Below are positions 13,300 to 24,947 of a stretch of 64,000 bases of DNA, piece by piece. Within the stretch, counting starts at the first letter, position 1. Each line of letters opens with the position of its first letter. Source of the DNA: Mobula hypostoma (Eukaryota); assembly GCF_963921235.1 (NCBI RefSeq), contig NC_086108.1, positions 31,622,001 through 31,686,000 of the forward strand, given 5' to 3'. The position numbers were made by a program, and so were the translations under genes. The notes below the pieces were generated by a model. It searched no databases and was not told where the DNA came from. It saw only the letters and a list, made by a program, of their open reading frames with translations.

Positions 13300-14520
13300 A
13301 TCACATTACAATTAGTACATGTACCAAGGTACAGTGAACATCTCTGGCTTTTTTGCATGCCATTCTCTAGATCATTTCATTACAACAGTGAATTGAAGTT
13401 GTACAAAGTTAAACAATAACAGAGTACAGAACAAAGTGTAATTACAGAGGACGTGTAGTGCAGGCAGACAATAAGGTGTGAGCAATAACAAATTAGATTG
13501 TGAGGTCAAGATTCCATCTTATCGCACTAGGGGACCATTCAATAGTGTTGTAACAGTAGGGCAGTAGCTGTCCTTGAGCCTGGTGGCATGGGCTTTTGTA
13601 TCTTCTGCCCGATCAGAGGAGGGAGAGCCCAATGTGAACAGAGTCTTCTATTATTTTCGCTGCTTTAATGAATCTACAAGAAGCGTAGGCAGAGTCCATG
13701 GAGGGGAGGTTAGCTTCCGTGAGGCGCTGAGCCGTGTCCACAACCCTCTGCAGTCACGGGCAGAGCAGTTGCCGTTCCAAGTCATTATGCATCCGGATAA
13801 CTTCAAAATCAAAGTAAATTTATTATCAAAGTACTTACAGCATACGTTACCATACACTACATTGAGATTCACTTTCTTGCAAGCACTTATAGGAAAAGAA
13901 ACACAAGAGATTTTTACAAAAAACTATACATAAACAAAGACTGTCAAACAACAACTGTGGAAAAGGAAACAAACTTTGCAAATGAAACTGTGAGTTGCAA
14001 AGAGACTTTGAAAGTGAGTTAATTGGTTGTAGGATCAGCTCAGAATAGTGGTGAATAACATAATCCCACACTTGTTTGGGTGCTTAAATATTGAAGATTA
14101 ATAACTGTTTCTGAACCTGGTGGTGTGACCTAGGGCTTCTGTACCTCCTGCCCAATGATAGTAATGAGAAGAGAGTAAGGCCTGGTGATGAAAGTCATTG
14201 ATGATGGATGCTGCTTTCTTGTGTCAGGTCTCCATGGAAATGTGGGGAGAACCTGTGGTGAACTGGGTCATGCTCAACACTTTCTGTAGCCTTTTCCTGG
14301 AGATTGGTGTTTCCAAACCGGGCTGTGATGAAACCAGATAGGATCATCTCCAATGGGTTTCCTAACTGGATGCATCATAGCCTGCTTTCTATAGGATAGG
14401 ATGCTTTCTATGGTTCATGAGCTAAGAATGATTAGGGTCAAAGGAGACATGCCAAATGAGGAAGTAGAGGTGCTGGTGAGATTTCTTGGCCATGGTGTCT
14501 ACTTAGTTGGACCACTACAG
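13300..14520 (-). mobile_element. Cluster of nested Rex1/Babar 3' fragments
   Basis: Repeated LSGCI..WNGNCSA and 3' UTR motifs homologous to 270-945; boundaries approximate. Confidence 0.6.
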
Positions 14521-16046
14521 ACTACTGATCCTATCCTGGAGCCATGCACTGGAACAAACTTGGACCCATGGCGATTTTTCTGTGAAAAAATGTTTGAAGT
14601 TTCATTGGAGCGTGGTGGTGTATTACAAAAGCAGAGAAGAATTAAGCCATAAATTCCCTTTAAGAGATGTGAAAACTGGTCAAAAGCACACTATTGTTAA
14701 TGCTGAAAACCTGACAGCAAACAAAACTTAATAGCAGGGAGCCAGGCTGTGGAGAGAGCAATAAAATTAATATTTAAGCTTGATGACCTTTCAATAAAAT
14801 TGGTAAAAGCTGGAGAAACGTCACATTTTAAGCAAGTTCAGAATCTCTGAATTTGTGAATTGTAGATAGGCTGGCTAACCGTTGCACACTGTAAAGGTCA
14901 TTGGCAACTCCAGAGACTTGGATGACTCAGGGACAGGAATGGTTACTTCAAGTGCCAGGCATTAGTGTCACAGCTGCAGAAAAGGAGGAAGTTATGGAGG
15001 GATTGTCTATGCAGTCTCTGTGGGTGGAAGTTAGGAAGAGGATCTAGAAGGTTATAAGGCTAGCAGAAAGGAGCTTAAGAGTGAAGTTAGGAGAGCCAGA
15101 AGGGGCCATGAGAAGGCCTTGGTGAGCAGGATTAAGGAAACCCCCAAGGTATTCTACAAATATGTGAAGATCAAGAGAATAAGACGTGAGAGAAGAGGAC
15201 CAATCAAGTGTGACAATGGAAAAGTGTGTATGGAGCCGGAGGAGATAGCAGAGGTACTTATGAGTACTTTGCTTCAGTATTCACTACAGAAAAGGATCTT
15301 GGCGATTGTAGGGATGACTTCCAGCAGACTGAAAAGCTTGAGTATGTAGATATTAAGAAAGAGGATGTGCTGGAGCTTTTGGAAAGCATCAAGTTGGATA
15401 AGTTACCGGGACAGGACAAGATGTACCCTAAGCTACTGTGGGAGGCAAGGGAGGAGATTGCTGAGCCTCTGGTGATGAACTTTGTGACAACAATGGGGAC
15501 GGGAGAGGTTCCAGAGGATTGGAGGGTTGTGGATGTTGTTGCCTTATTCAAGAAAGGGAGTAGAGATAGCTCAGGAAATTATAGACCAGTGAGTCTTACT
15601 TCGGTGGTTGGTAAGTTGATGGAGAAGATCCTGAGAGGCAGGATTTATGAACATTTGGAGAGGCATAATATGATTAGGAACAGTCAGCATGGTTTTATCA
15701 AAGGCAGGTCATGCCTTATGAGCCTGATTAAATTTTTTGAGGATGTGACTAAACACATTGATGAAGGTAGAGCAGTAGATGTAGTGCATATGGATTTCAG
15801 CAAGGCATTTGATAAGCTATCCCATGCAAGGCTTATTGAGAAAGTAAGGAGACATAGGATCCAAGGGGACATTGCTTTGTGGATCCAGAACTGGCTTGCC
15901 CACAGAAGGCTAAGAGTGGTTGTAGATGGGTCATATTCTGCATGGAGGTCGGTCACCAGTGGTGTGCCTCAGGGGTCAGTTCTGGAACCCTTACTCTTTG
16001 TGATTTTTATAAATGACCTGGACGTGGAAGTGGAGGAATGGGTTAC

Positions 16047-16275
16047 TGAAGCACCTTCAATTACTCCAAAAGACTGAGGTTTGGTAAAATACTGAAAGGC
16101 TTTTATTCGCTGTACAATATGACCTCCACAGTGAGTGTCTGCCCCCGGAATGAGGGGGAGGGGCAAGTCAAACACCTTTATACAGGACTCTGTGGGAGGA
16201 CCCACAGGGTCAGTCAGCAGAGGTGTGTGTCCAGACAGGTAACCGAGTTACAACATATATACATGGTTTACCACA
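16047..16275 (-). repeat. 3' LTR of Gypsy element
   Basis: 229 bp; 10 substitutions versus 20295-20523 by manual comparison; AATAAA at 16102-16107 minus. Confidence 0.97.
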
Positions 16276-16297
16276 TTCACCCCTCCTTTTTTTTTTA
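16276..16297 (-). promoter_or_regulatory. Polypurine tract
   Basis: Minus strand (A)n-GGAGGGGTGAA directly abuts the 3' LTR. Confidence 0.85.
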
Positions 16298-16347
16298 AAA
16301 AGAGTCCCGCGGGGTGAAGTGACTGACAATATTTACAAGAAGTATAT

Positions 16348-19070
16348 TTACAGGTTAAGTCTATCAGACGGTCGAGTCCGTCGCTGTGATCTACGTAGCA
16401 CCGGTGGTGATTGCACCAGCGACGGCGGTTGTGCTGGCTCCGGCCTGACTTCAGGTGCCAGCACGTTAGGCGTCGGTAATCCCTCGTGCGTGTGCGTCGC
16501 GCCCGGTATGGGAGTGTCGTGTGGTGTCTGTATAGGGTTTGGGGTGCACGGTGTCTCGTAGGTACATACATTGGTGGGTACGGGGTCAATAGTCACCACA
16601 GAGTGTTCAGGGTAGGGGCCCGGTTCTCCTGCGGGCGCCAGGTCGCGGATGGAGACCGTGTCCTCCCGCCCATCAGGTAAAACCACATAGGCTTACTGGG
16701 GGTTCGCATAAAGTAACTGAACCCTCTCGACTATTGGGGAGTATTTATTGCTCCTCGCATGTTTCCGGAGCAGCACTGGCCCCGGGGACGTCAGCCAAGA
16801 TGGTAGGGTGGTTCCACTGGTCGATTTTCTGGGAAAAGAAAAGAGTCGCTCATGAGGGGTGGCATTGGTGGCTGTGCATAACAGGGAGCGGATGGAGTGG
16901 AGTGCCTCGGGAAGAACCTCCTGCCAGCGGGAGACCAGCAGTCCCTTTGACCTGAGGGCTAAGAGTGTGGCTTTCCACACTGTGCCATTCTCCTTCTCTA
17001 CTTGTCCATTCTCCCGGGGATTATAGCTCGTGGTCTGACTAGTTGTGATACCCCTAGCCGGCAGGTATTGGCGCAGCTCATCACTCATAAACGAGGACCC
17101 TCTGACACTGTGGATATAGCATGGGTATCCGAACAGAGTGAAGAGCTTGCGCAGGGCTTTTATAACTGACGTGGTAGTTGTGTCGAGGCAGGGGATGGCG
17201 AAGGGGAACCGCGAGTACTCGTCAATTACGTTAAGAAAGTACACATTGCGGTCGGTGGAGGGAAGGGGGCCCTTAAAGTCAACATTCAGTCACTCAAAGG
17301 GGCAGGTGGCCTTGATGAGTGGTGCCTTTTCGGGTTGGTAGAAATGCGGTTTGCACTCTGCGCAGACTTGGCAGTCCCTGGTCATCATCCTGATCTCCTC
17401 AAGGGAGTAAGGCAGGTTCCAGGCTTTCACGAAGTGGAAAAGCTGGGTGACTCCCGGGTAGCAAAGGTCTACATGTAGGGCGTATAGCCGGTCGATCTGC
17501 GCACTGGTGCATGTTCCCCGGGATAGGGCATCGGAGGGCTCGTTGAGCTTCCCAGGCCTGTACATGATGTCATAGTTGTAGGTGGAGAGTTCGATTCTCC
17601 ACCTCAGAATTTTATCATTTTGGATTTTGCTCCGCTGCTGATTATTAAACATGAATGCGACTGAGCGCTGGTCAGTTAGCAGGGTGAACCTCTTGCCGGC
17701 AAGATAGTACCTCCAGTGCCTTATAGCTTCCACTATGGCCTGGGCCTCTTTCTCTACCGCAGAGTGCCGAATTTCAGGGCCTTGAAGGGTACGGGAGAAG
17801 AACGCCAACGGTCTTCCCGCCTGGTTGAGGGTAGCAGCCAGCGCAAAGTCGGAGGCGTCACTCTCCACTTGGAAGGGAATGGCCTCATCCACCGCATGCA
17901 TTGCTGCTTTGGCAATGTCCCCTTTTATGCGGCTGAAGGCCGCGTGGGCCTCAGCAGAGAGGGGGAATGTGGTGGACTTGACCAGGGGGCGGGCCTTGTC
18001 TGCATAGTTAGAGACCCATTGGGCATAATATGAAAAGAAGCCCAGGCACCTTTTGAGGGCTCTGAGGGTATTGAGAAGAGGGAGTTCCAACAAGGGGCGC
18101 ATACGGTCGGGGTCAGGGCCAATGACTCCATTCTCCACGACACACCCAAGGATAGCAAGTCGGGTGGTCCTAAATACACATTTGTCCTTGTTATAGGTGA
18201 GGTTGAAAGATTTGGCCGCTTGGAGAAATTTTTGGAGGTTGTTGTCGTGATCCTGCTGGTCGTGACCGCAGATGGTGATGTTATCCAGATATGGGAACGT
18301 GGCCTTCAGTTGGCACTGGTCCACCATCCGGTCCATTGCCCTCTGGAAGACAGATACACCATTCGTGACACCAAAGGGGACGCGCAGGAATTGATAAAGC
18401 CCGCTGTCCGCCTCGAAGGCAGTGTAAGGGCGGTCCTCCCGGTGGATGGGGAGCTGATGGTAAGCGGATTTTAGGTCTATGATCGAGTACACCTTGTACT
18501 GTGCTATCTGATTGACCATATCCGCGATGCGGGGTAGAGGGTACGCGCGAGCTGCGTGAACCTATTGATGGTCTGGCTATAGTCCACGACCATCCTATTC
18601 TTCTCCCCGTTCCGAACAACCACCACCTGCGCCCTCCAAGGACTTGTGCTTGCCTCAGTGACCCCCTCCCTGAGCAGCCGCTGCACCTCCGACTTAATGA
18701 AAGCTCTGTCCCCTGCGCTGTACCTCCTGCTTTTAGTTGCCACAGGTTTACAGTCGGGAGTCAGGTTGGCGAACAGCGGTGAGGGAGGGATCCTGAGGGT
18801 GGAGAGGCCGCAAGTGGTTTCGGTAGTGTGGCAGTTGGCATGATGTTGGGTGGGATGTGCGGGTCGGTGTGTGTGTGTGGTCAGTAGCGGGGTACGTGAC
18901 ATATCTCTACAAAACAGGGGATTTATGACAGTAATTGGCGGGAGGAGCCCATCATACTTCATTGTCACGCTTTTCAGGTGGCTCTGGAAGTCCAACCCCA
19001 ACAGCACAGGGGCACACAGTTGAGGCAAGACCAGTAACTTAAAGTCCCGATATTCTGTGCCCTGCACCAC
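16348..19070 (-). pseudogene. pol: Gypsy pol (RT, RNase H, integrase), disrupted by frameshifts and stops
   Basis: ORFs 18504-19070 (SPW...RMVVDY), 17290-18519 (DLKSAYHQ, PFGV.N, YLDNI, ESDAS, EKEA.A, TDQ, C..C), 16693-17244 (IDEYSRFP, YNP..NGQVE), 16348-16686. Confidence 0.93.
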
Positions 19071-20268
19071 TAGTGTCGCTACACAACCCCCCCCGGATGT
19101 CTGTTGTATGTGACCTGGAGGCCATGGTGACCCTCTGACTTACCGGCCGTATCATGAGTCCACAATGCTGCACCGTGGCCGGGTGGATAAAACTCTTCGT
19201 GCTGCCTGTGTCAAACAGACAGCTTGTCCTGTGCCCCTCCACCAGGATGTCCATCATTGACCTTGCGAGCTGGTGGGGAGCGCTTTGGTCAAGGGTCACG
19301 GAAGCCAGGGTGGGGTCGCTGTCTTGGTCCGGCGTGGTGGGGTGCCCCGTGAGCACCCGTTGGTCGTAGGCGGTGGGAGGTGGCACCGACCAAGATGGCC
19401 GCCCCCATGTCTCGCACGTGATGGCGGCGTGCAGGGAAGATGGCGGCCTCCATGTCTCGCACGTGGTGGCAGTGTGCAGGGAAGATGGCGACCCCCACAT
19501 CTCGTACGCGGCGCTGCTCGATCCCGCTCGCGGTTTTGACTTACAGAGCTTGGCGAAGTGGCCCTTCTTTCCGCAGCTGGAGCAGGTAGCTTGTCGGGCC
19601 GGGCAGCGTTTCCGGGGGTGCTTCTCCAGTCCGCAGAAGTAGCACTTCGCGGACTCACGACTGGCGGCAGCCGAGGTCGATCCGCCGGCAGGTTGCGGGG
19701 TCTGCGGCACCCACGAGGCCATCGGGGGATCGCGTGCCTGGAGAGCCTCAGAGTTATGCAGAGTGGCCTCCAATGTATCAGCCAGCTCCATCGCCGAACT
19801 TAGGGTAAGATCGGCTTTTTCCAGCAGCCGCTGGCGCACGTACACTGACCTGGTCCCCGTAACGAAGGCGTCCCTCACTAGGAGTTCTGCATGCTGCGCC
19901 ACCGTCAGCTCCTGGCAATTGCAGGCTCGCACGAGTGTCTGTAGGGCCTGGACGAACTCAGCACTCGATTCCCCGGGGCGTTGTTGCCGTGTTGCTAAAC
20001 GGTGCCGAGCATAGACGCTGTTTATCGGCCGCAGGTATTGTCTTTTGAGTGCGTTCATCGCGCCGTCGTAGTTCAGCTGGTCTCTGATCAGCGAATAGTC
20101 CCGTGGACTGACCCTGGAGAGTAGAACTCTGCGCTTCGCTACGGGGTCGGTCGCTTTAATCTCCTCTAGATACGCTTCGAAGCAGGCCAGCCAGAGTTCG
20201 AAAGCGTTTCCAGCTTCAGGTGTTTGCGGATTGAGGTCTAATTTTTCTGGTCTCAGGGACTGTTCCAT
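19039..20268 (-). CDS. gag: Gypsy gag with protease N-terminus (409 aa)
   Basis: Double zinc knuckle CYFCG..HPRKRCPA...CSSCGKKGHFAKLC (Mag-like) and aspartic protease LFDTGS; ATG 27 nt from the 5' LTR. Confidence 0.9.
   Translation of the reverse strand: MEQSLRPEKLDLNPQTPEAGNAFELWLACFEAYLEEIKATDPVAKRRVLLSRVSPRDYSLIRDQLNYDGAMNALKRQYLRPINSVYARHRLATRQQRPGESSAEFVQALQTLVRACNCQELTVAQHAELLVRDAFVTGTRSVYVRQRLLEKADLTLSSAMELADTLEATLHNSEALQARDPPMASWVPQTPQPAGGSTSAAASRESAKCYFCGLEKHPRKRCPARQATCSSCGKKGHFAKLCKSKPRAGSSSAAYEMWGSPSSLHTATTCETWRPPSSLHAAITCETWGRPSWSVPPPTAYDQRVLTGHPTTPDQDSDPTLASVTLDQSAPHQLARSMMDILVEGHRTSCLFDTGSTKSFIHPATVQHCGLMIRPVSQRVTMASRSHTTDIRGGLCSDTSGAGHRISGL
19392..19512. repeat. 45-bp in-frame tandem repeat (about 2.7 units) in the gag-protease linker
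   Basis: aagatggc...catgtctcgcacgtg.tggc..gtgcaggg repeated; encodes CETW..PSSLH.A.T. Confidence 0.85.
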
Positions 20269-20278
20269 GTTTTAAAAC

Positions 20279-20293
20279 GTACAGCGAATAAAA
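20279..20293 (-). promoter_or_regulatory. Non-tRNA primer-binding-site-like element complementary to own LTR
   Basis: Minus TTTTATTCGCTGTAC, 1 nt after the LTR end, is the perfect reverse complement of LTR segment 20349-20363. Confidence 0.8.
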
Positions 20294-20294
20294 T

Positions 20295-20523
20295 TGAAGC
20301 ACCTTCAATTACTCCAAAAGACTGAGGTTTGGTAAAATACTGAAAGGTTTTTATTCGCTGTACAATACGACCTCCACAGTGAGTGTCTGCCCCCGGTCTG
20401 AGGGGGAGGGGCAAGGTGAACACCTTTATACAGGACTCTGTGGGAGGAGCCACAGGGGCAGTCAGCAGAGGGGTGTGTCCAGACAGGTAACCGAGTTACA
20501 ACATATATACATGGTTTACCACA
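20295..20523 (-). repeat. 5' LTR of Gypsy element
   Basis: TGTGG...TTCA; TATAAA at 20425-20430 and AATAAA at 20350-20355 on minus. Confidence 0.97.
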
Positions 20524-21994
20524 GTTAGTAAATTTGCTGAATTTGGGGGTGTTGTGGATAGTGTTGTGGATAGTGTTGAGGGCTGTCAGAGGTTACAGCG
20601 GGACATCCATAGGATGCAAAACTGGGCTGAGAAGTGGCAGATGGAGTTCAAGCCAAATAAGTGTGAGGTGGTTCATTTTGGTAGGTCAAATATGATGGCA
20701 GAATACAGTATTAACGCTAAGACTCTTGGCAGTGTGGAGGATCAGAGGGATCTTGGGGTCCGAGTCTATAGGACACTCTAAGCTGCCGCTCAGGTTGACT
20801 CTGTTGTTTATAAGGCATACAGTGTATTGGCCTTCATCAATCGTGGGATTGAGTTTAAGAGCCAAGGGGTAATGTTGCAGCTATATAGGACCCTGGTCAG
20901 ACCCCACTTGGAATATTGTGCTCAGTTTTGGTCGCCTCACTACAGGAAGGATGTGGAAACCATAGAAAGGGTGCAGAGGAGATTTACAAGGATGTTGCCT
21001 GGACTAGGGAGCATACCTTATGAGAATAGATTGAGTAAACTTGGCCTTTTCTCCTTGGATCGACGGAGGATGAGCGGTAACCTGATAGAGGTGTACAAGA
21101 TAATGAGAGGCATTGATAGTGTGGATAGTCTGAGGCTTTCTCCCAGGGCTGAAATGGCTAGCAGGAGAGAGCACAGTTTTAAGGTACTTGGAAGTAGGTA
21201 CAGAGGAGATGTCAGGGGTAAGTTTTTTACGCAGAGAGTGGTGAGTGCATGGAATGGGCTGCCAGCAACAGTGGTGGGGGCGGATATGATAGGGCCTTTC
21301 AAGAGACTCCTGGATAAGTACATGGAGCTTAGAAAAATAGAGGACTATAGGTAACCCTAGGTAATTTCTCAGGTAAGGACATGTTCGGCACAGCTTTGTG
21401 GACCGAAGGGCCTGTATTGTGCTGTTACAGGCCTGCAATCCAGATGGAAATGAAACAAGTTGGGTAGGTCTCTCACTAGTACTTTCTGCAATTTCAGAGT
21501 GTTCTCTCAAAGGGCTTTTATGAGCATGATGGACTGTAAAATTCTTTGTCCCTGCCTTTAACCACTCCTTAGGATTTTCTCTTATGTATTTGAACACAAG
21601 GTGTACCCAGATAAAGGAAAAATTGCAATGAACAGTAGTTTCTGAGGATGTAAAGGGAGGAAATGCATTCAGCTGCCCAACTTAGAGAGAGGGAAAAGGT
21701 TGTTCTCTGAGGTTGGAGACTAAACAGTTAGCTTTCAGAGAACAAAATACAGCTTTCATGTATCTTTTTGCAGTAGTGCTGCTGTTAGAATTTAATGATC
21801 AGATTTCAAAAATAGGTAACTGAAAAATGCCACACTATGGTCTGTTTTGCTACCTTCTCTTACGGTCAGTTTATACAATGTCACTAGTTATGAGATTCAA
21901 TTTAGTTCAATGGGGCTGCAGTGCACACAAACTCTGCCTTGCCAAGTCCCAACTACAAACCCCAGCCACTACGGGCTCCACCTCAATACAATAT

Positions 21995-22780
21995 TAGTCA
22001 AGTCAAGTTTATTGTCATTTAACTATATAGATATATACTGTTAAACGAGACAACGTTTCTCCGGACCAGGGTGTAAAGCACTGTAGTACACGTAACACAC
22101 AGGTAAAAAACAATAACTTAGGAAAGTAAGAATTAAATCTGCAAATGAATTCTGCATAGATAAACAAAGTAAAGTGTATAAGTTAAATATTGTAGGGTAC
22201 AGTACAAATTATCCGGTGACACTTTGAATGCGATGTGGCAAGGGGTCAGAAGCCTAATGGTCTGCGGGAAAAAGCTGTTTCCCATCCTGATCATTCTTGT
22301 CTTTATGCATCAAATCTCCTACCTGATGATAGAAAGCCAAAGAGAATGCTGGACAGATTGGCGGGATCCTTGATAATACTAAGGGCCCTGCAATAGGCAG
22401 TGTTCCTGACAAAAATCCCCAATGGATGGTAGGAAGTCCCCTATGATCCTCTCAACTGTTCTTACAGTCTTTGTAGGGACTTCTGGTCCGATGCGCGACT
22501 GCTCCCATACGAAATAGAGATGCAACTTGTCAGGACACTTTCAGTGTTGCTCCTGCAAAATGGGGTTAAAATGGGGTGGGGGGGATTCCTTGCTTGCCCC
22601 AATTTCCTCAGGTAGTGGAAGCACTGCTGTGGCTTCTTATTCAGGGAGGTGATGTTGAGAGACCAGTTGAGGGCATCCGTGATGTGAACTCCAAGGAACT
22701 TGGGTGCACTTAACTCTGTCTATGGAGAAGCCATGTATGTGTAGAGGGGTTGTTTCAACTGCACCTTCCACGACCATTTC
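21995..22780 (-). mobile_element. Rex1/Babar-type LINE 3' fragment
   Basis: 3' end aataaacttgacttgact on minus strand plus decayed ORF C-terminus (attatcaaggatccc). Confidence 0.6.
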
Positions 22781-23439
22781 ATTATAGCACTAGAGTAAGT
22801 ATAACTTGCAGTTGATGACAAGTGACAAAAGGGCTGGATCTAAGAATGAATTCAATTTCAGATAATTCATTTTCTTAAATAAACTCAACTAGAATTCAAT
22901 TCATGGTAGTTTGGATGATGACAGGTCCTTAACAGCTCTCTGGTAAGGACCTGTCATCACTTCTGTTACTGAAACATCACTTTGGTTGCTTTCATCACAG
23001 ATGCTGCCTAGCCAGCAGAGTATTGATCAAAATCCAAGATCAAGATTCAAATTTATTTATCACATGTACATCAAAATACACCGTGAAATGCACTATTTGT
23101 GTTAACAACCAACACACCCAAGGCTGTGCTGAGGCAGTTCACAAGTGTCACCCCCAATTCCAGTGCCAAAATAGCATGCTCACAATACTCAGCAGAACAA
23201 CACAGAACAAAATGAGGCCAAATAAAATGAAACAGAGCAAAACAACAACAGAGAAACAAATTCCGTTCGTCTCTCACGCCCACCATTTAACACTATTTAA
23301 TGCTGATTATTTATTACAACACAACTTCAACTGCTTGCTTTCCAGCCTCTTTGAAGGCTTTGATTCCACAAGCCTTTGTATTGATATTTTGTATTGGTCC
23401 ACTGATTTAGTTCAGACTCAGAAAGGACAGACAGTATAT

Positions 23440-24275
23440 GAACATACACATTAGAAGCAAAAACAGTCTTTTGGCAACTCAAATCTGCACTACTATTAAA
23501 TAAATTCATGGTTGATCTGACCTCAATTCCACATTCCCGGCTACATATAATAAATTTATACCTCTTACTTTTCAAAGGTTTCCAGTCTGCCTTAATAATA
23601 TTCAAGGATTCTGCATCCACTGTCCTTTGAAGGACTAAGATCCAAAGACTTAAGATCCTATGAGAGAATAAAGATTGCCTCAACTTAGTCTTAAATGAGT
23701 AACTCCTTGTTTTCAAATAATGGCCCCTGATTCTAGATTCATCCACAAAAGGAATCATCCTCCCCACATCCATTCTGGCAAAATCCCCCAGGTCCCCTGT
23801 CATTCAGTTGAACTCCAGCACATACCGGCCTTACTTGTCCAATTCTTCCTGATATGAGAACTTCCCTTTCCAAGCATTAGTGTTATAAACCTTTTCTGAG
23901 TTCCTCCCATAGCACTGGTATCCTTCCTTAAATAATACTGTGCAGAGTCCTCAAATGTGACCTCACTATTATCCTATATCACAGGAACATAACTCCCCCA
24001 CTGTCATACCAAATTCCCCCAACAATAAATAACCGCATTTTGTAAGTTTTCTAAATTGCCCTCTGGACCTGCAAACTTTCTTCTTATGAATCAAGCAGCT
24101 GAGCCCGCCTGATCCCTCTACACCCAACTCTGCAAATCTCTCACACCTCAGATAATATGCTTCCCCTGTATTTTTCATGCCGAAATGAATAATTTTTAAT
24201 TTCAATATCATACGGGATTTACCACATCTGTGTCGGTCACCTAACCTAACTATGTCTCTCTGTAGTCTCCCTCGA
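23440..24275 (-). mobile_element. CR1 3' fragment (decayed)
   Basis: ORFs 23969-24340 (LQRDI.RLG) and 23327-23803 (ESRIRGH.LK...FS.R...LW). Confidence 0.75.
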
Positions 24276-24947
24276 GTCCTTTTCTCCTTACTATGGCTGA
24301 CAAGGACAATGAAGTGTCTGGTGCTACAGGAAGCCGGCACTCGGAGTCAGGCAGCACAGAAGAGTATAGCACTCAGGGCTTCAGTATACATCTTTTGCAT
24401 CAAGGAAATCGTGACCAATTTGAGTAGTGCGACCACACACCCTGACATGGCATCAAAATGAAACTCAACGCGCCCACTGTTGCCTCATCAAAGCTGCCCA
24501 CAGTTGTGTTAACAGAAGTTACCAGCAGTCCGTCCTCCAATTGGTTTACACTGAGGCACTATCCAACAGGAGGAGGATGGCATTATGGATCACTGAGCTG
24601 CTGCTTTCGTCCACAAACCATCATCCCTGCTCTCGAGCCAGCTGCCTATCTTACCTGTGCTGTTGCTCAAGTGAGTGCTGCCCCTGCCAGGGTAATGACA
24701 TCCACAGAGAGAGAGAGGATCATTCTCCCAAAGCAATCCTCCACTCCAAATCATTAGTCTTCCATCAGCCATGTGGTACCTACGGGGTGGGGGGGGGGGC
24801 GGTGTAGGATTGCATGGGGACACCATGGCAGGGGAAGGTGCATTGAAGACAGACAGCAAAGGAATGCATCCCAGTGAATAGCTTATCTTTACATGAAACG
24901 TGACAGGATTTTAAACATAAACTAGCTTGAATTAACAGTCCTTCCAG

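Larger units (their letters stand above)
16047..20523 (-). mobile_element. Gypsy/Ty3 LTR retrotransposon, Mag-like, near full length
   Basis: Two 229-bp TG...CA LTRs, 5-bp TSD gttac/gttag (16042-16046, 20524-20528), gag-PR-RT-RH-IN order, PPT. Confidence 0.97.
15040..21430 (+). mobile_element. CR1 LINE ORF2 and 3' UTR, split by Gypsy insertion (CR1 parts 15040-16046 and 20524-21430)
   Basis: ORF 15226: NYRPVSLTS, QHGF, DFSKAFD, SGVPQGSVL; resumes after 20523 with LQRD...WQMEF and RPHLEYCAQFWSP (20827-21354). Confidence 0.95.

Noticed and set aside
24280..24860. Host coding exon among overlapping ORFs
   Set aside because: No recognisable domain, no consistent splice signals and several equally weak frames
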